Origin: Octopus vulgaris
Taxonomy: Eukaryota
Length of the DNA stretch: 64,000 nucleotides
Direction: 5' to 3'
Assembly: GCA_951406725.2 (NCBI GenBank)
Contig: OX597828.1
Location: 58,032,001 to 58,096,000, forward strand
Part shown: positions 27,300-40,740 of the stretch, in pieces
How positions within the stretch are numbered: the stretch's first letter is position 1
Layout of the letters: each line of letters begins with the position of its first letter
Position numbers and translations under genes: made by a program
The notes under the pieces: model-generated
The model's database searches: none
What the model saw: only the letters and a program-made list of their open reading frames with translations
What the model was told of the DNA's origin: nothing

Positions 27300-27585
27300 A
27301 TTTTACGCTGTTTTAATGAGTCCATATCTAATGAAGTAGCCATCCCTATGGTTGGTGATCTCATTGAAAATCGTGATATTCTCATTCGTGTTCGAGATAA
27401 CAACTTTAAACGTGTTTCACAGACTCATCCCTTTTATGATGCTCTCCAGTATAATCTTATTCTGTGGAATGGACAAGATGGGTATTATTTCAATATTCCT
27501 CGGATTGAACCTGCAACAAAGAAATGGGTGTCGTCAAAGGACTTCTATTCTTACCAACTGATGTTACAGTCAGAACAATCAAATC
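27300..27585 (+). mobile_element. Helitron Rep/helicase fragment
   Basis: RDILIR..KRVSQTHPFYDALQYNLILWNGQDGY..VSSKDFYSYQLM matches the Helitron motif HxxYDxLQYPLxFxxGxDG. Confidence 0.85.
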
Positions 27586-27785
27586 CATTCTACTATATGC
27601 ACAAGGCCTGAAATATCGAGGGAGGGGACCAGACGATCACATCGACCCCAGTGTCTGGCTGGTACTTAATTTATCGACCCCGAAAGGATGAAAGGCAAAG
27701 TTGACCCCGGCGGTATTTGAACAGGCGAAATACCGCTCAGGCATTTTGCCCGGCATGCTAACGATTCTGCCAGCTCGCCGCCTTC
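27586..27785 (-). mobile_element. Meta-domain-like SINE inserted into the Helitron fragment
   Basis: 15-bp TSD CAGAACAATCAAATC at 27571 and 27786. Confidence 0.9.
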
Positions 27786-28294
27786 CAGAACAATCAAATC
27801 AATTATACATGTCAAATAAACTTTATTTTCATTTACATATTTTCTACGTTATCTCAATAACCGGCTAAAGTCATTTCAAAAACACTTCTCTACAAAGACC
27901 CGGTTTCATTACAAAATGAAAAGAGTTTCACACTTTCAATTTAAACCAAAATTACAAAGTGTTGCTTTACGAGAGTGACGATGTGTGAATAATGGGTTAT
28001 AAAGAATAATGAGTTATGAAAACTTTTCAAGAGATTTGGCTGTTATTTCGAGCATGGCGAGAGACCTTCTAGGCTTAACTTCATGTGCTCTTTTACTCTT
28101 TTACTTGTTTCAGTCATTTGACTGTGGCCATGCTGAAGCACCGCCTTTAGTCGAGCAAATCGACCCCAGGACTTATTTTTTGTAAGCCTAGTACTTATTC
28201 TATCGGTCTCTTTTGCCGAACCGCTAAGTTACGAGGACTTAAACACACCAGCATCGGTTGTCAAGCTATGTTGGAGTAGGGGACAAACACAGAC

Positions 28295-28335
<41 letters not shown>

Positions 28336-28339
<4 letters not shown>

Positions 28340-28937
28340 GAAATATTAAAATTACTAAGTCTCTCTAAAAGAGAACAACGGCAGCGTTCCCGGAAAATAT
28401 TAGTTATCGCCATACTAATATGGCATTCTTATAAAAATAAGAATAAAGCTGTCCGCTTATTAGCTCCATGAGGCCATCGCCTTAAGTTAGCTATTTGATA
28501 CACAAACTGTATCCATATAACCTTTGAACAAGGAGTCAGTCGCTCCACACTACGGCCGGCAGCTACAGACGCGTTTCGGGTATTGCCCCTTTTCAATGCA
28601 GCGTAGCCAGACCAGTAGGTGTCGCTTCTGACAATCTCTGTTCAAAGGTTTTATTTACCTAGCTTCGGTGGAATACATCCACTTGTTTTCAATAATAGAA
28701 ATATTAAAATTACTAAGTCTCTCTAAAAGAGAAAACGGCAGCGTTCCCGGGCAATACCCCGAAACGCGTCTGTAGCTGCCGGCCAAGTAGTGTGGAGCGA
28801 CTGACCTCCCTTGTTCAAAGGTTATATGGATACGTTTGTGTATCAAATAGCTAACTTAAGGCGATGGCCTCATGGAGCTAATAAGCGGACAGCTTTATTC
28901 TTATTTTTATAAGAACATATTAGTATGGCGATAACTA

Positions 28938-28941
<4 letters not shown>
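28336..28941. mobile_element. Hammerhead-bearing element (358-bp period plus inverted partial copy) nested in the (TA)n of a SINE
   Basis: Direct repeat at 28336 and 28694; IR 28397-28588 / 28749-28941. Confidence 0.75.
28562..28602 (-). ncRNA. Minimal hammerhead motif, U3-A8 core variant
   Basis: GCTGCA-TTGAAAA-g-GGG-caata-CCC-GAAA-CGCG-TC-TGTAGC. Confidence 0.7.
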
Positions 28942-29003
<62 letters not shown>

Positions 29004-30169
29004 TATATGCATACATACATATACATATACACGACGGTCTTCTTTCAGTTTCCGTCTACCAAATCCACTCACAAAGTATTGGTCGGCCCGAGTCTATAGT
29101 AGAAGGCACTTGCCCAAAGTGCCGCGCAGTGGGATTGAACCCGGAACCTTGTGGTGTGCGTAAGCAAGCTACTTTCCACACAGCCACTCCTACTCCTGGT
29201 TGAATTTCCTGGTTGAAAATCGTCTAAAAAAAAATTCTGGGGTCGATACAATCGACTAAAAGTTCCTCAAGGTGGTGCTCCAGCATGGCCGCAGTCTAAT
29301 GACAGCAACAAGTAGAAAGAAAAGCAAAAATTAATTATATCACAGATGTGGTTTTGATCAAGCTTGAAAAAAGCTCTGGGTTCCATACAGCCATCTAAAC
29401 ATTCTTCAAGGTGATGCCCCAGCATGGCCGGTCGCTGTCTAAAAACAGCAACAAGTAAAAAAAAAAATTCTGGGGTCGATATATTCAAATAGAAATTCTA
29501 AAAACGAAAAATAACCAAAATATATATATTTCTTTACTACCCACAAGGGGCTAAACACAGAGGGGACAAACAAGGACAGACACACGGATTAAGTCGATTA
29601 CATCGACACAAGTGCACAACTGGTACTTAATTTATCGACCCCGAAAGGATGAAAGGCAAAGTCTACCTCGGCGGGATTTGAACTCAGAACGTAACTGCAG
29701 ATGAAATATGGCTACGCATTTCGCCCGGTGCGCTAACGTTTCTCGTGTGGTTCATGTCCTAGGTGACCTTTGACCGGATCCCCTCAAAATGTGATGATGG
29801 AGAGACGGGGTCGATGGTGGAGAACCAAGAGATTATAATCGTGATTTATTGCACATTGACTAATTTCACTTGCGTACAGACTTTCTCCATGACTTAGTAG
29901 GAAAAAAAACTTAGTTCGTGTATTACTTCAGAAAGAATAAAAATATCTTTGGAGTATATCGGAGTTTTTAGCAGAGTTATGGCAAGTAAAAATAATTAGT
30001 GACTTGGTATATTGTGAAAGCAAACAAGTGGAGATGTGGATGGTAAGGTGGGTGGGGGGTGCGTTTTGAGGCTAGACCACAATAACAACACTAAACAGTA
30101 ATGATAACTATTTCCTTCATATGTGACATTCTATGCATTTATGTGTGTGAGAGTTTTATTCGTACGTGC

Positions 30170-30308
<139 letters not shown>

Positions 30309-30395
30309 ATAAAACAAGAACAACATTGCTACTTTCTTTTTTCCTTTTACATGTTTCAGTTTTTATATGTATATATATATATTATATATATATAT

Positions 30396-30435
<40 letters not shown>

Positions 30436-30437
30436 AA

Positions 30438-30486
<49 letters not shown>

Positions 30487-30591
30487 CATATTTATATAAT
30501 AAATAGATAGATTGATAGATAGATATAATTGTGTGTCTGTATATGTATATTTATATATATAGGTTATACAAATGTGAGAACTCAACTATAA

Positions 30592-30663
<72 letters not shown>

Positions 30664-31169
30664 TACAGATATATGTTCTTTTATTCTTATATATATATAT
30701 AGCATGTGTATAGGTGTGTGTTTTTGTGTGTATTTTTGTGTATGTATGCATGTACTCCTTTCTTGAAAACAAATGTTTTCGTTTTTGTTTTTGATGAGGA
30801 GATATATAAACTAGATTTCGAATTTATAGTTATACGTTTATTCAAATTATTGATTATATGTTTTTTTAAGTGAAAGTAAATATATACTTGTATGTATATG
30901 AATGCGTATTTATATAGGCATATGTGTGTGTTTACATATAGATATATGTATGTGTCTATATACATGTGTGTGTGTGAGTGTGTATTGAACCCTGGAGAAG
31001 AATTTCATTTAAAGAATAGTCTATTCTTCATTGTTATATATTGAAAGCTCTTTAGAGCAGAGCAAGGAAAAGCTATTGAAAAGTGAATATATAAATGTGG
31101 GCACGTAGTCTCTGATATTTCTGTTTTTTATTGCTTTCTTTGTTTGTGAGGAGGACTGTAGTGTTATAC

Positions 31170-31218
<49 letters not shown>

Positions 31219-32418
31219 TATACGTATGTGAGTGTATCGTTGTTTTGCATCAGATCGGTCCTGGGGCGTACAAAAATAACAACTAGACTCAATCTCATTC
31301 TCTACCACTTCACTATATGCATACACGTGCTCACAAGCACAGACACAAACAAATATATGTACACACAAATAACTACATATATACACACTAAGACACACAC
31401 ATATATATATATACATATACATATACGCATACACATGAACACACACAGAAACACACACCACGTATACATACGAACATAGACACGCTCTTATGAATATTTA
31501 AACATTTACCTATAAACTTAATGATTTTCATTTGGTCCTCTTTAATAGTTTTAACGACTGTATATTTGTATGAGTGTATCTGTGTGTGTGTATGTACGTG
31601 CGTGTGTGTTGTGTGTGTGTATGAGTGTGTGTGTGTATGTACGTGTGTGTGAGTGTGAGTCTGTGTGTACGTGTGTGTATGTGCATGAGTGCTTGTGTAT
31701 ACTTGTGAGTGTGTGTGTGTGTGTGTGTGTTCTCTTCTGTCGTTAATTGGTTGAAATCTCCCCTCCGAGGACGAAGCTCGTTTCTATCAAATACAACGAT
31801 CCATAATTGAAATGTAGATAACAAAAATTAATTAACATTTCAAACTTGAGAAAAGTCTTGAATATTTGTACTGTTCCACTTAAAGATTATATTTATAATA
31901 AGCGAATTCGCACATAATATTTTTTGAAGGACCTAGCTTATCCAGATTGTCAGTTAGGCATTTACTCACAAAAATCAGTTGTGTTAATAATAATTATTGG
32001 CTATAATCTGGATATAGAAACTGAAGGTTTCGAAGCAGTTATCCGTTGGTATCAACTTTCTCTTTGATTTTCAAAAAGATGTACACATCAACAGGACAGC
32101 TGACCTCCATGACGTCACATACTTTTTCCTTTTGTCCATCCCAAACAACATTTTCTGGCCTGTTATGCTTACACTTGAGAGAAGTTTTGATAGGGATGTT
32201 CCACCAATATTTCTTGTTTTGATGATGATTTTTTTATGTATTCAATAACAGAGGGATTCTCTGTATTGATTCCAGGACAGCGGTTTATTTTGGATAGCAT
32301 TATATATTGTTTTAACGACAGGATCGTGTCGCATAGGGAGGTACTACCTCGGTGACATTTTTGGGCAACTGTGTGTTGTGTGATGTGTGCATGTATGTGC
32401 CTGCGTTTATATGTATCC

Positions 32419-32453
<35 letters not shown>

Positions 32454-32589
32454 TCTTTTACTTTTTACTTGTTTCACTCATTTGATTGCGGCCATGCTGG
32501 AGCATCGCCTTTAGTCGAAGAAATCGCCCCCAAGACTTGTTCTTTGTAAGCCTAGAAATTATTCTATCGGTCTCTTTTGCTCAATTGCA

Positions 32590-33180
32590 TAAACTAAAGG
32601 TCAGAGAGGGACAAGATAAACTACCTAAATCAACTTGCTATAAAAGCAGGTAACAATTTTACCTTTGTTCTTATTCTTAGTGCAAGTTTTTAAGAGTACA
32701 GTTCGAGTTTAACAGTTATTTTTTCAAAGCTGGAAATGACAAAGGAGTATGTATATTCGGCATATTTTGCTTTATGAGTTCAATAAAGGCAACAACGCAA
32801 CGGAGAGTGCGAGGAATATTAATGCAGTATATGGGGATTGGGCAATAAGCATAAGCCAGCGTCAACGGTGGTTCCAGAAATTCCAAGCCAGAGACTGCAG
32901 CCTAGAAAACAAGCCTTGTCCTGGAAGATTTATAGAGCTCGACGAGGACGTCCTGCAAACCCTGGCGGAAAAAAATCCTATCGTAACTTCTGAGGAACTA
33001 TCAGAGAAGCTTGGATTTGGTCATTCAACCATTCATCGATACGTGCTTGCCTTTGGAAAAGTCAGCAAATTGGGTCAATGGGTTCCTCACGAATTTACCG
33101 AGTCTAATCGCGCGCAGAGAATGAATGTTTGCTCTTCTTTGCTGCCACGTCTCACGAATGAACCTTTTTTGGACCGAATG
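32590..33180 (+). mobile_element. Mariner transposase N-terminal fragment
   Basis: ORF 32749-33246 reads IRHILLYEFNKGNNATESARNI..WFQKF..WVPHE (mariner HTH and WVPHEL motif). Confidence 0.9.
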
Positions 33181-33184
33181 GTGG

Positions 33185-33330
33185 GTGCTACTTTAGCATG
33201 CAGTTTACTGCAGTATCCTACTTTAGCGTGTAGTCTACCGCTGTAGCCTGTCTACGCTGTGAAATTACTTTTAGCGTGCCGTCTACCTTTTCTTACCGTT
33301 TTACACTTTAGCGTACCATCTACCTCCACT
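33185..33330. repeat. Degenerate minisatellite (CTTTAGCGTG..GTCTACC)
   Basis: Four variant copies directly after the mariner fragment. Confidence 0.6.
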
Positions 33331-33506
33331 ATGAGAACTTTATACAACAGGATGATAAAAACAAATTGAATAATGTTGAATAATGACTTATTAATAACTT
33401 ACACTTAAATCTTAATTAACGATACACACCTGAAATCAGAGTAAGATGCTTTTTATTAAAGCTGAAAATATCTTCACAAACTGTTACTTAGAGTTTCACG
33501 TTACCG

Positions 33507-35108
33507 TGTCCAGCATCGAAACAACGGTAATATGCATAATAATAAAGCAAATAACCTATAATGATGGTAAAGTAAAAGAATCGAAATTAGCAAAGATATT
33601 GCCTCGAAAATATTAAACTATTTTCAATTTAAAGTTGATCGATTTAATACAAAAGTTGTCGATAAGATGAAAGTCAAGACTTAATACGTAAAATTTGTAG
33701 TGGTGTAAAAAATTCTAATGTGTTTACAAGTGACAAATTTCGCAACGAATGGATGGAAATTAGATTACCTGAAAATGCATTTATCTTGGAAGTAAATATA
33801 TGCCATAGAAATTCTTAGAAACAGAATTTCAATCGTTAAAAGTATCTGAGGGAATTCTTGAAAAAGAAACAAGAACAAATGCAGAAAATAAAGTCTTTGA
33901 GCTGAAAGAGGTAAAGACACACTTTGAGACGTTATACTGTATGCAGTAGGAAAAAGTGAACGCTTGAATGAATTCTGTAGAATATATATTCATGGTCACA
34001 TAGTTAAGAATGTACGCTTGTCAACAAGTTGGGGCAGTAAAATATACGCGTTTCGGTTAATAGTGTTAATAAATAACGTTAACCATTTAGAAATTATCCA
34101 AGGAATTCTCTAGCACAATTGAAGTTTGTCTTTTACTTGTTTTGGTTATTAGACCGCGGCCATGTTGGGGCACCGTCTTGAAGAGTTTAGTCGAATAGAT
34201 CGATACCGGCACCTATGTTTTTTTTTTATATATATTGGGTCATCCCATAAATAATGCGTTTTTTTTATACTTCTTTTATTTTTCAAAATTAAGATAAAGT
34301 TCTTTTTTTAGCCTAAAATGTACTCTCCTTCATTTTCTACGATGCTCTTCCATCTATCTGGTAGACTTGCAAGGCCCCTCTTTCAAAAGTCACTTGTCCG
34401 TGACGAAAAATACTGCTCCAGTATTGTTCTTACTTCGTCTACAGAATTTATATCTTTCCCGTCTAATAACCAAAACAAGTAAAAGACAAACTTCAATTGT
34501 GCTAGAGAATTCCTTGGATAATTTCTAAATGGTTAACGTTATTTATTAACACTATTAACCGAAACGCGTATATTTTACTGCCCCAACTTGTTGACAAGCG
34601 TACATTCTTAACTATGTGACCATGAATATATATTCTACAGAATTCATTCAAGCGTTCACTTTTTCCTACTGCATACAGTATAACGTCTCAAAGTGTGTCT
34701 TTACCTCTTTCAGCTCGAAGACTTTATTTTCTGCATTTGTTCTTGTTTCTTTTTCAAGAATTCCCTCAGGTACTTTTAACGATTGAAATTCTGTTTCTAA
34801 GAATTTCTATGGCATATATTTACTTCCAAGATAAATGCATTTTCAGGTAATCTAATTTCCATCCATTCGTTGCGAAATTTGTCACTTGTAAACACATTAG
34901 AATTTTTTACACCACTACAAATTTTACGTATTAAGTCTTGACTTTCATCTTATCGAAAAGTTTCGTGTTAAACCGATCAACTTTAAATTGAAAATAGTTT
35001 AATATTTTCGAGGCAATATTTTTGCTAAATTCGATTCTTTTACTTTGCCATCATTATAGGTTATTTGCTTTATTATTATGCATATTACCGTTGTTTCGAT
35101 GCTGGACA
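33507..35108. repeat. 648-bp inverted duplication with a 306-bp spacer
   Basis: 33507-34154 is the near-exact reverse complement of 34461-35108. Confidence 0.95.
34235..34464 (-). mobile_element. Mariner 3' end (transposase C-terminus plus TIR)
   Basis: Minus strand encodes DGKDINSVDEVRTILEQYF..GLASLPDRWKSIVENEGEY. TIR-like TTGGGTCATCCCATAAATAATG follows TA. Confidence 0.85.
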
Positions 35109-35329
35109 TAGAAACTGTTTTATCGAAAGCGTATACTGATGTTAAATGTTCGAAATACGAGAGTAGAAAAACAGTCAACAACTGACGAATGGTCGTTCTT
35201 TATGTTGTTTGTCTTGTTTTCCATTTGTGTCATTCGTTGTTCGAAAAAATAGTTCATATTCCATGTATTCATACTTCGTATTATTTTTTTTTTTTTTGTA
35301 CACGTTTCATAACGTCCTGTGCCTACATA

Positions 35330-35360
<31 letters not shown>

Positions 35361-36088
35361 CAACAGAAGGGTCCAGAGTAATCCATAGGCAGGAGAGGTG
35401 CAGCCGGAGTGTAGAAAGTCCAAAAGAGAATCCGTAACGGGCAGAACGGTAGAAAGTCCAGTGGAGAAGTTTGTGGGTGATGAGAGGAGACAGGATCAAC
35501 TGGTGCGACCACGTGAGCGTGTGATATATTGAGAGAATTCACACACAAAAAACAAAAGACGAAGACAGGTGGTGTAGAAAACAAACAGATGTATTAGTAT
35601 AACGCTCGGGAATTGAAAAAGTCTTTAATATTTCGAGCCTACGCTCTTCCACAGAAAGGAACACAGAAAGACACAAGGAGAGATAAACAAACATGTGTGT
35701 AGTTGCTAGCGAGCTATCATGGCGAATGCCGGACAGAAAGGTCACACAGGAGAACTAAGAAGTAGGGGATATAACAAAGTTTAGTGATCCCAAAACGAAG
35801 GTGCGCGTGTGTGTAAGAGAGTACTATGAAAGAGGGCTGGTGATCTTCACGTGTGCGTGTGTGTATGTGTAGGTGTGAAAATGTTGGGATGGGAATTGGT
35901 CAGTGCTGGTGTGTGGGTGTGTGTGGATGTGTTGTGTTTCTCTCCTTGTTTCTTTCTGTGTTCCTTTCTGTGGAAGTGCGTAAGCTCGAAACGTTAAAGA
36001 CTTTTTCAATTCCAGAGCGTTATACTAATACATCTGTTTGTGTTCTACACCACCTGTCTTCGTCTTTTGTTTTTTTTAATTCTCCCCA
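35361..36088. mobile_element. Penelope pLTR-like element in (TA)n with an IR of about 145 bp
   Basis: IR 35547-35692 / 35931-36077; each arm has a hammerhead-like motif. Confidence 0.7.
35964..35999 (+). ncRNA. Minimal hammerhead-like motif, CUGUGGA core (inverted copy at 35623-35658)
   Basis: CTTT-CTGTGGA-a-GTGC-gtaa-GCTC-GAAA-CG-TT-AAAG; the minus copy has a perfect GAGC/GCTC stem II. Confidence 0.6.
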
Positions 36089-36290
<202 letters not shown>

Positions 36291-36559
36291 GAAGAATTAT
36301 ATATATAATAACAATTTAATAAATAAAACAATATGCATACATATATGTACATACCTACATTTATATGTATATATATACATGCATATATGAGTACAGGACA
36401 CCACAAATAAACGTAGAACACAACGAGAAACGAAAACATAAAATCATACAAGGAAACGGACTTTTTTAACAACGAAAAAACAGAGTACAAGACAAAACAA
36501 TATAAGGAATATTCCCCTTCATCAGCTGCCCCTGTTTCGACTCAATGCGTGTTTGAAGG

Positions 36560-36613
<54 letters not shown>

Positions 36614-36699
36614 TTCAGAGTCTAATAACAAGCCAATTGTCGCTTAAATGCTCTCAAATTTCAACAAAATGTGTAAAAACTATGTTTAGATCTGGCACA

Positions 36700-36910
36700 C
36701 CAGTGATAATGTCAATGTGCTGTTGAAATGGCCACCACATACACTTGACTTGACACCTTGTAATATTTTTCTATCTGGCTATGTGAAAAGACAGGTCTAT
36801 AGCATCTCTCAGCCTATAATTCTAGAGGAACTCAAGCAGAGAATCACGGGGTGCTGGAGAATGTTACGCAAGACATACTACAGCGTGTTACTGCACTTGT
36901 AACAAACCTG
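36700..36910 (+). mobile_element. Tc1/mariner-superfamily transposase remnant
   Basis: WPPHTLDLTPCNIFLSGYVKRQVY..LEELKQRI resembles the WPPRSPDLTPCDFFLWG motif. Confidence 0.75.
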
Positions 36911-37504
36911 CGGTCTGTCCGATAGTTTTTTCCTTATCCACAGTCCTAACAAAAGTCTTATGTATGTACAGTGTAAATGAACCCAGCGATTTGTCGAAGT
37001 CTATACTGGCACGTCTGGGTACTCCAGTAGTATCTACAAGAAAGTTGATTAACATTTGGATAAACTTTTGTAACTCTTCTAAATTATTGTGTCATTCGAT
37101 TCCGGCGTGCTTTTAATATACCATTGTAGTCCCCTACTAATGAGCGAGTAATATATGTAGAAAGGTCTTCGGGTATCTGAAAAAATCGGAGGTCTTGCCT
37201 TCGTCAGAATATAAATGGCTACAGGTTTCGAAACACTATGTTGGATGATGTAATGAATGAGATATATCCAAAAGGTCTTCAGCGATCTGGGGAAATCTAA
37301 TTGTCTTGCTTCTGTCAGAGCACGAATGGCTACAGACCCCTAAAGAACTACCTAGGCAACTCTTCGTGTCTATGACCATTATCTTGCCGTCTGCCTCCTG
37401 AAAAATCATCCTTATATCGAAAAGTAAGCGTCTTCTAAACAACATGTCTACTCCCACATTGCATCGAGGTTTTATCTATTTATAAGGAAAACTTTCTTAT
37501 AGAA

Positions 37505-37819
37505 CGTTTTTGGATTTGGTTTGCAAGATTCTTTATATGAGTTCGTGTGTTGAAGCATATTCTGTTGTGTCTGGGAGAGTCATTTTCTTTTTGTGCTTTA
37601 TTATACACACTCACCGGTAAAATTTCCACTTTTTTCTTATTTTTATTGTCCTAAAATTTTCGTTGCGTTTTGCAACCTTTTCAATAAATTATTGAAATGG
37701 TTGCAAGACGCAACGAAAATTTTAAGACAATAAAGAAAAAAGTGGAAATTTTACCGGTGAGTGTGTTACATTAATACGGACACAAAAAGAAAATGACTCT
37801 CCCCAGACACAACAGAATA
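37505..37819. mobile_element. Palindromic hammerhead-bearing insertion with a 12-bp TSD
   Basis: TTTCTTATAGAA at 37493-37504 and 37820-37831; arms about 37558-37686 / 37690-37820. Confidence 0.75.
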
Positions 37820-38764
37820 TTTCTTATAGAAGATGACAATATATTAGAATTGGAACATGCTATGGGGTATCAAAAGAGAAAAGTGGATTGTAAAACTCAT
37901 TAGAGCACCAGACAAAAATACCTAGTGGTATTTATAGTACTGGTGGGACTTTTGATATTATGGGATGTTAATCTGGAAAATTACTGATTTACTTTGTAAT
38001 TGTGGCAAACAGTTATAAAAATGAAGTCAAAATAGCGTTGAAAGTGCAAGGGAGACAACTATTTAATTGATTGTCTCCCTTACATATTCTTGCAACAGGA
38101 TCTTACGCGACGCAAGAAACAAGAATGAAAACGAGACGACGATGGCGATTCTGAGGCGATCGTTCGACTTACTCGAAATAGAAACTAAATTTCTCTCAAA
38201 GTAGGCCCTACTATCTTAAATAAAGATGGTGAGACGTTATATTATGTAGTTCAAGATACGAAATATCTGGAAAAGACGTGGAACAGTCAGCATTTGAGCG
38301 TCTTTGACAATAAGTTTGCTATGTCATGGTAGATAAATATTGTTTATCTGACACAATATTACAATTTTTATGTCTTAACCATTTTGGTCTTTATAGAATT
38401 TTGACGCCAGATTTCAGTGATAAATTTCGAATTCCTCTTAAATTTCAAAACCTTTGTCCTACTCACAAATTTATTTAAACCTATAAACACATTTTCCCTG
38501 GCCAAAATAGTGTCTAACGTTAATCGGTGTTGAGTTTAAAGGACTGAAAATTTAATGTTTGTGACAAATAAATGGAGTGAAACATCTAAGCTAACTGCAG
38601 ACTACGAGGAGCTACGGAAAGTTACGAGAGGCTACGAGGGGCTAGAAGCTTGCGGGAGGCGCTGTCACCTTCTTTCTCTTGGGGCACAAGTGTAAACAGG
38701 CACGAAATTCCTTCACCCTCGGACGCTGAGAACCCCTTCTATGCTATGGAATGCGAGGGGCGTT

Positions 38765-38862
<98 letters not shown>

Positions 38863-38883
38863 TAGATATATAGACGGATATTA

Positions 38884-38915
<32 letters not shown>

Positions 38916-39630
38916 CACTTGTTAGTCGGGAGAGCTGCAGTGATCACCACTCCAGAGAAGAAGGAGGGAATTAATACATTTAATGTTGGGTTTAGTCAAC
39001 TGTTAAATAATGTCTGTAGGAAACAAAAAAGAAGTGGGTAGGAAAAGACTTCACGGTATCTTTTGTAGGGTTGGCTGAGGGTCGATTAAGCTTCAGTGCG
39101 GAATAAAGGGACGAGAGACCTTAAGGATAATAAAAAGCGAGACAGAGATGTTGGGATTGTTTTGGTAGAGATGGCATCCAGTAAGTCAGTTTATAAGAAG
39201 TCTAGTATTTAGAGGATGCACCTTCGATAATGTTATTTGTGTGAAGTCGCCATTACAGATTGTTTTATATTAAGATATAACGTTATTTTTAGTGAATTGG
39301 GATGTTTTGTGTGTTTCCATCTTTCTTTTAATACGATTTTGTGGCGAACAAAGCTTGAGGCCGCTGTAGCGTAAGGGACAACGAAGAAGAAAACGAAGAA
39401 GCCTACAAATTCAAAATACACTGATTGATAGATAGCTCGACCGACTAAATATCACAGACCTGAGGAAAACAAGACGATTGTAGTAAGTTTGTGAGAGAAG
39501 TTCGCAGAAAAAAGCTAGTAATATAAAAGGGCTTATGACTAGCAGAAAGCTCAACAGAGAAACAACGTACCTAAGATAAGAAGCAAATAACACGTTTGTA
39601 TGCCTTGTACAGAAATGTGAGTGGTACATA

Positions 39631-40026
39631 CACTGGCGAAAGTAAATTTAAGACCGATGATAAAAGGTCCATTTCTTACAAAATATTTTGTTACTACCAG
39701 CATACAAATTATTTTTTATCTATTACACCTTATGCAGAATTTATTTTTCTTTCGAATGATGCAGACAATAACTATTTTTATACAACTTGAAGAATCCTAA
39801 GGCTAAATTAATATAAACGAGTTTTGCCGGTAAATTTGAAACGTATATTAATTTAGCATTAGAATTCTTCAAGTTGTATAAAAATAGTTATTGTCTGCAT
39901 CATTCGAAAGAGAAATAAATTCTGCATAAGGTGTAAAAGATAAAAATAATTTGCATGGTAGTTGTAACAAAATTTTTGTAAGAAATAGAACTTTTATCAT
40001 CGGTCTTAAATTTATTTTCGCCAGTG
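39631..40026. mobile_element. Foldback MITE, Tc1/mariner type (396 bp)
   Basis: TA|CACTGGCGAAA...TTTCGCCAGTG|TA. Inverted arms of about 185 bp cover almost the whole element. Confidence 0.9.
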
Positions 40027-40429
40027 TAATTACTTCTCTGAAATGTGAAGTGATTTAGTTTCAGTATTGTTGAGGGAGACAAGGTTAGCCATGACCTTAT
40101 TGAAGGGCGTTATTAATATCTCTGTACCAGACTAGGCGGCGAACTGGAAGAATTGTTAGCACGCCAGGTAAAATGATCAGCGGAATTTCGTCCGCCACTA
40201 CGTCCTAAGTTCAAATTCTGCCGAGGTCGACTTCGCCTTTCATCCTTTCGGAATCGATAAAATAAGAACCATTTGAGTACTGGGGTCGATGTAATCGACT
40301 TAATCCCTCCCCACGAAACTGCTGGCCTTGTACTAAAATAACAGTATCATTCGGTTCAATGTCACCTTTAACAGAGTATTTGAAGCATTCGAGCCAGGTC
40401 TCCAGTGAGAGGATAACTTCCCCCCTCTG

Positions 40430-40740
40430 CCTCCACCTTTACTGCTTTACTTTCCGGACTGTTCGATTAAAAAGAAAACAGAGAATTAGTGCATGGCTGA
40501 CTAGGAGAGTGTGAAGGATGCATTAAGCTGATGCTTCTGAATGGAAACTTAAGGAGGCGCGAAGGGTGTCGTCTGCGTTGGAGTGTTTGTTGTTATAAGT
40601 GACGTGAATTAAGTAATTGATTTACAGAAGTTAAAAGCATTGAAAATATGACTGAACTTTAACGTACACCAGAGTGCAAAAGAGCCTCGTCACTGCTTGT
40701 TGCAATGGAGCTGTATGTCAAAAGAAAAACACTGCAATCT
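40430..40740 (-). mobile_element. Old L2/Daphne-like RT remnant
   Basis: Degenerate SGV..SSVI..MLL and HSNADDTL (compare SGVPQGS and YADD). Confidence 0.45.
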
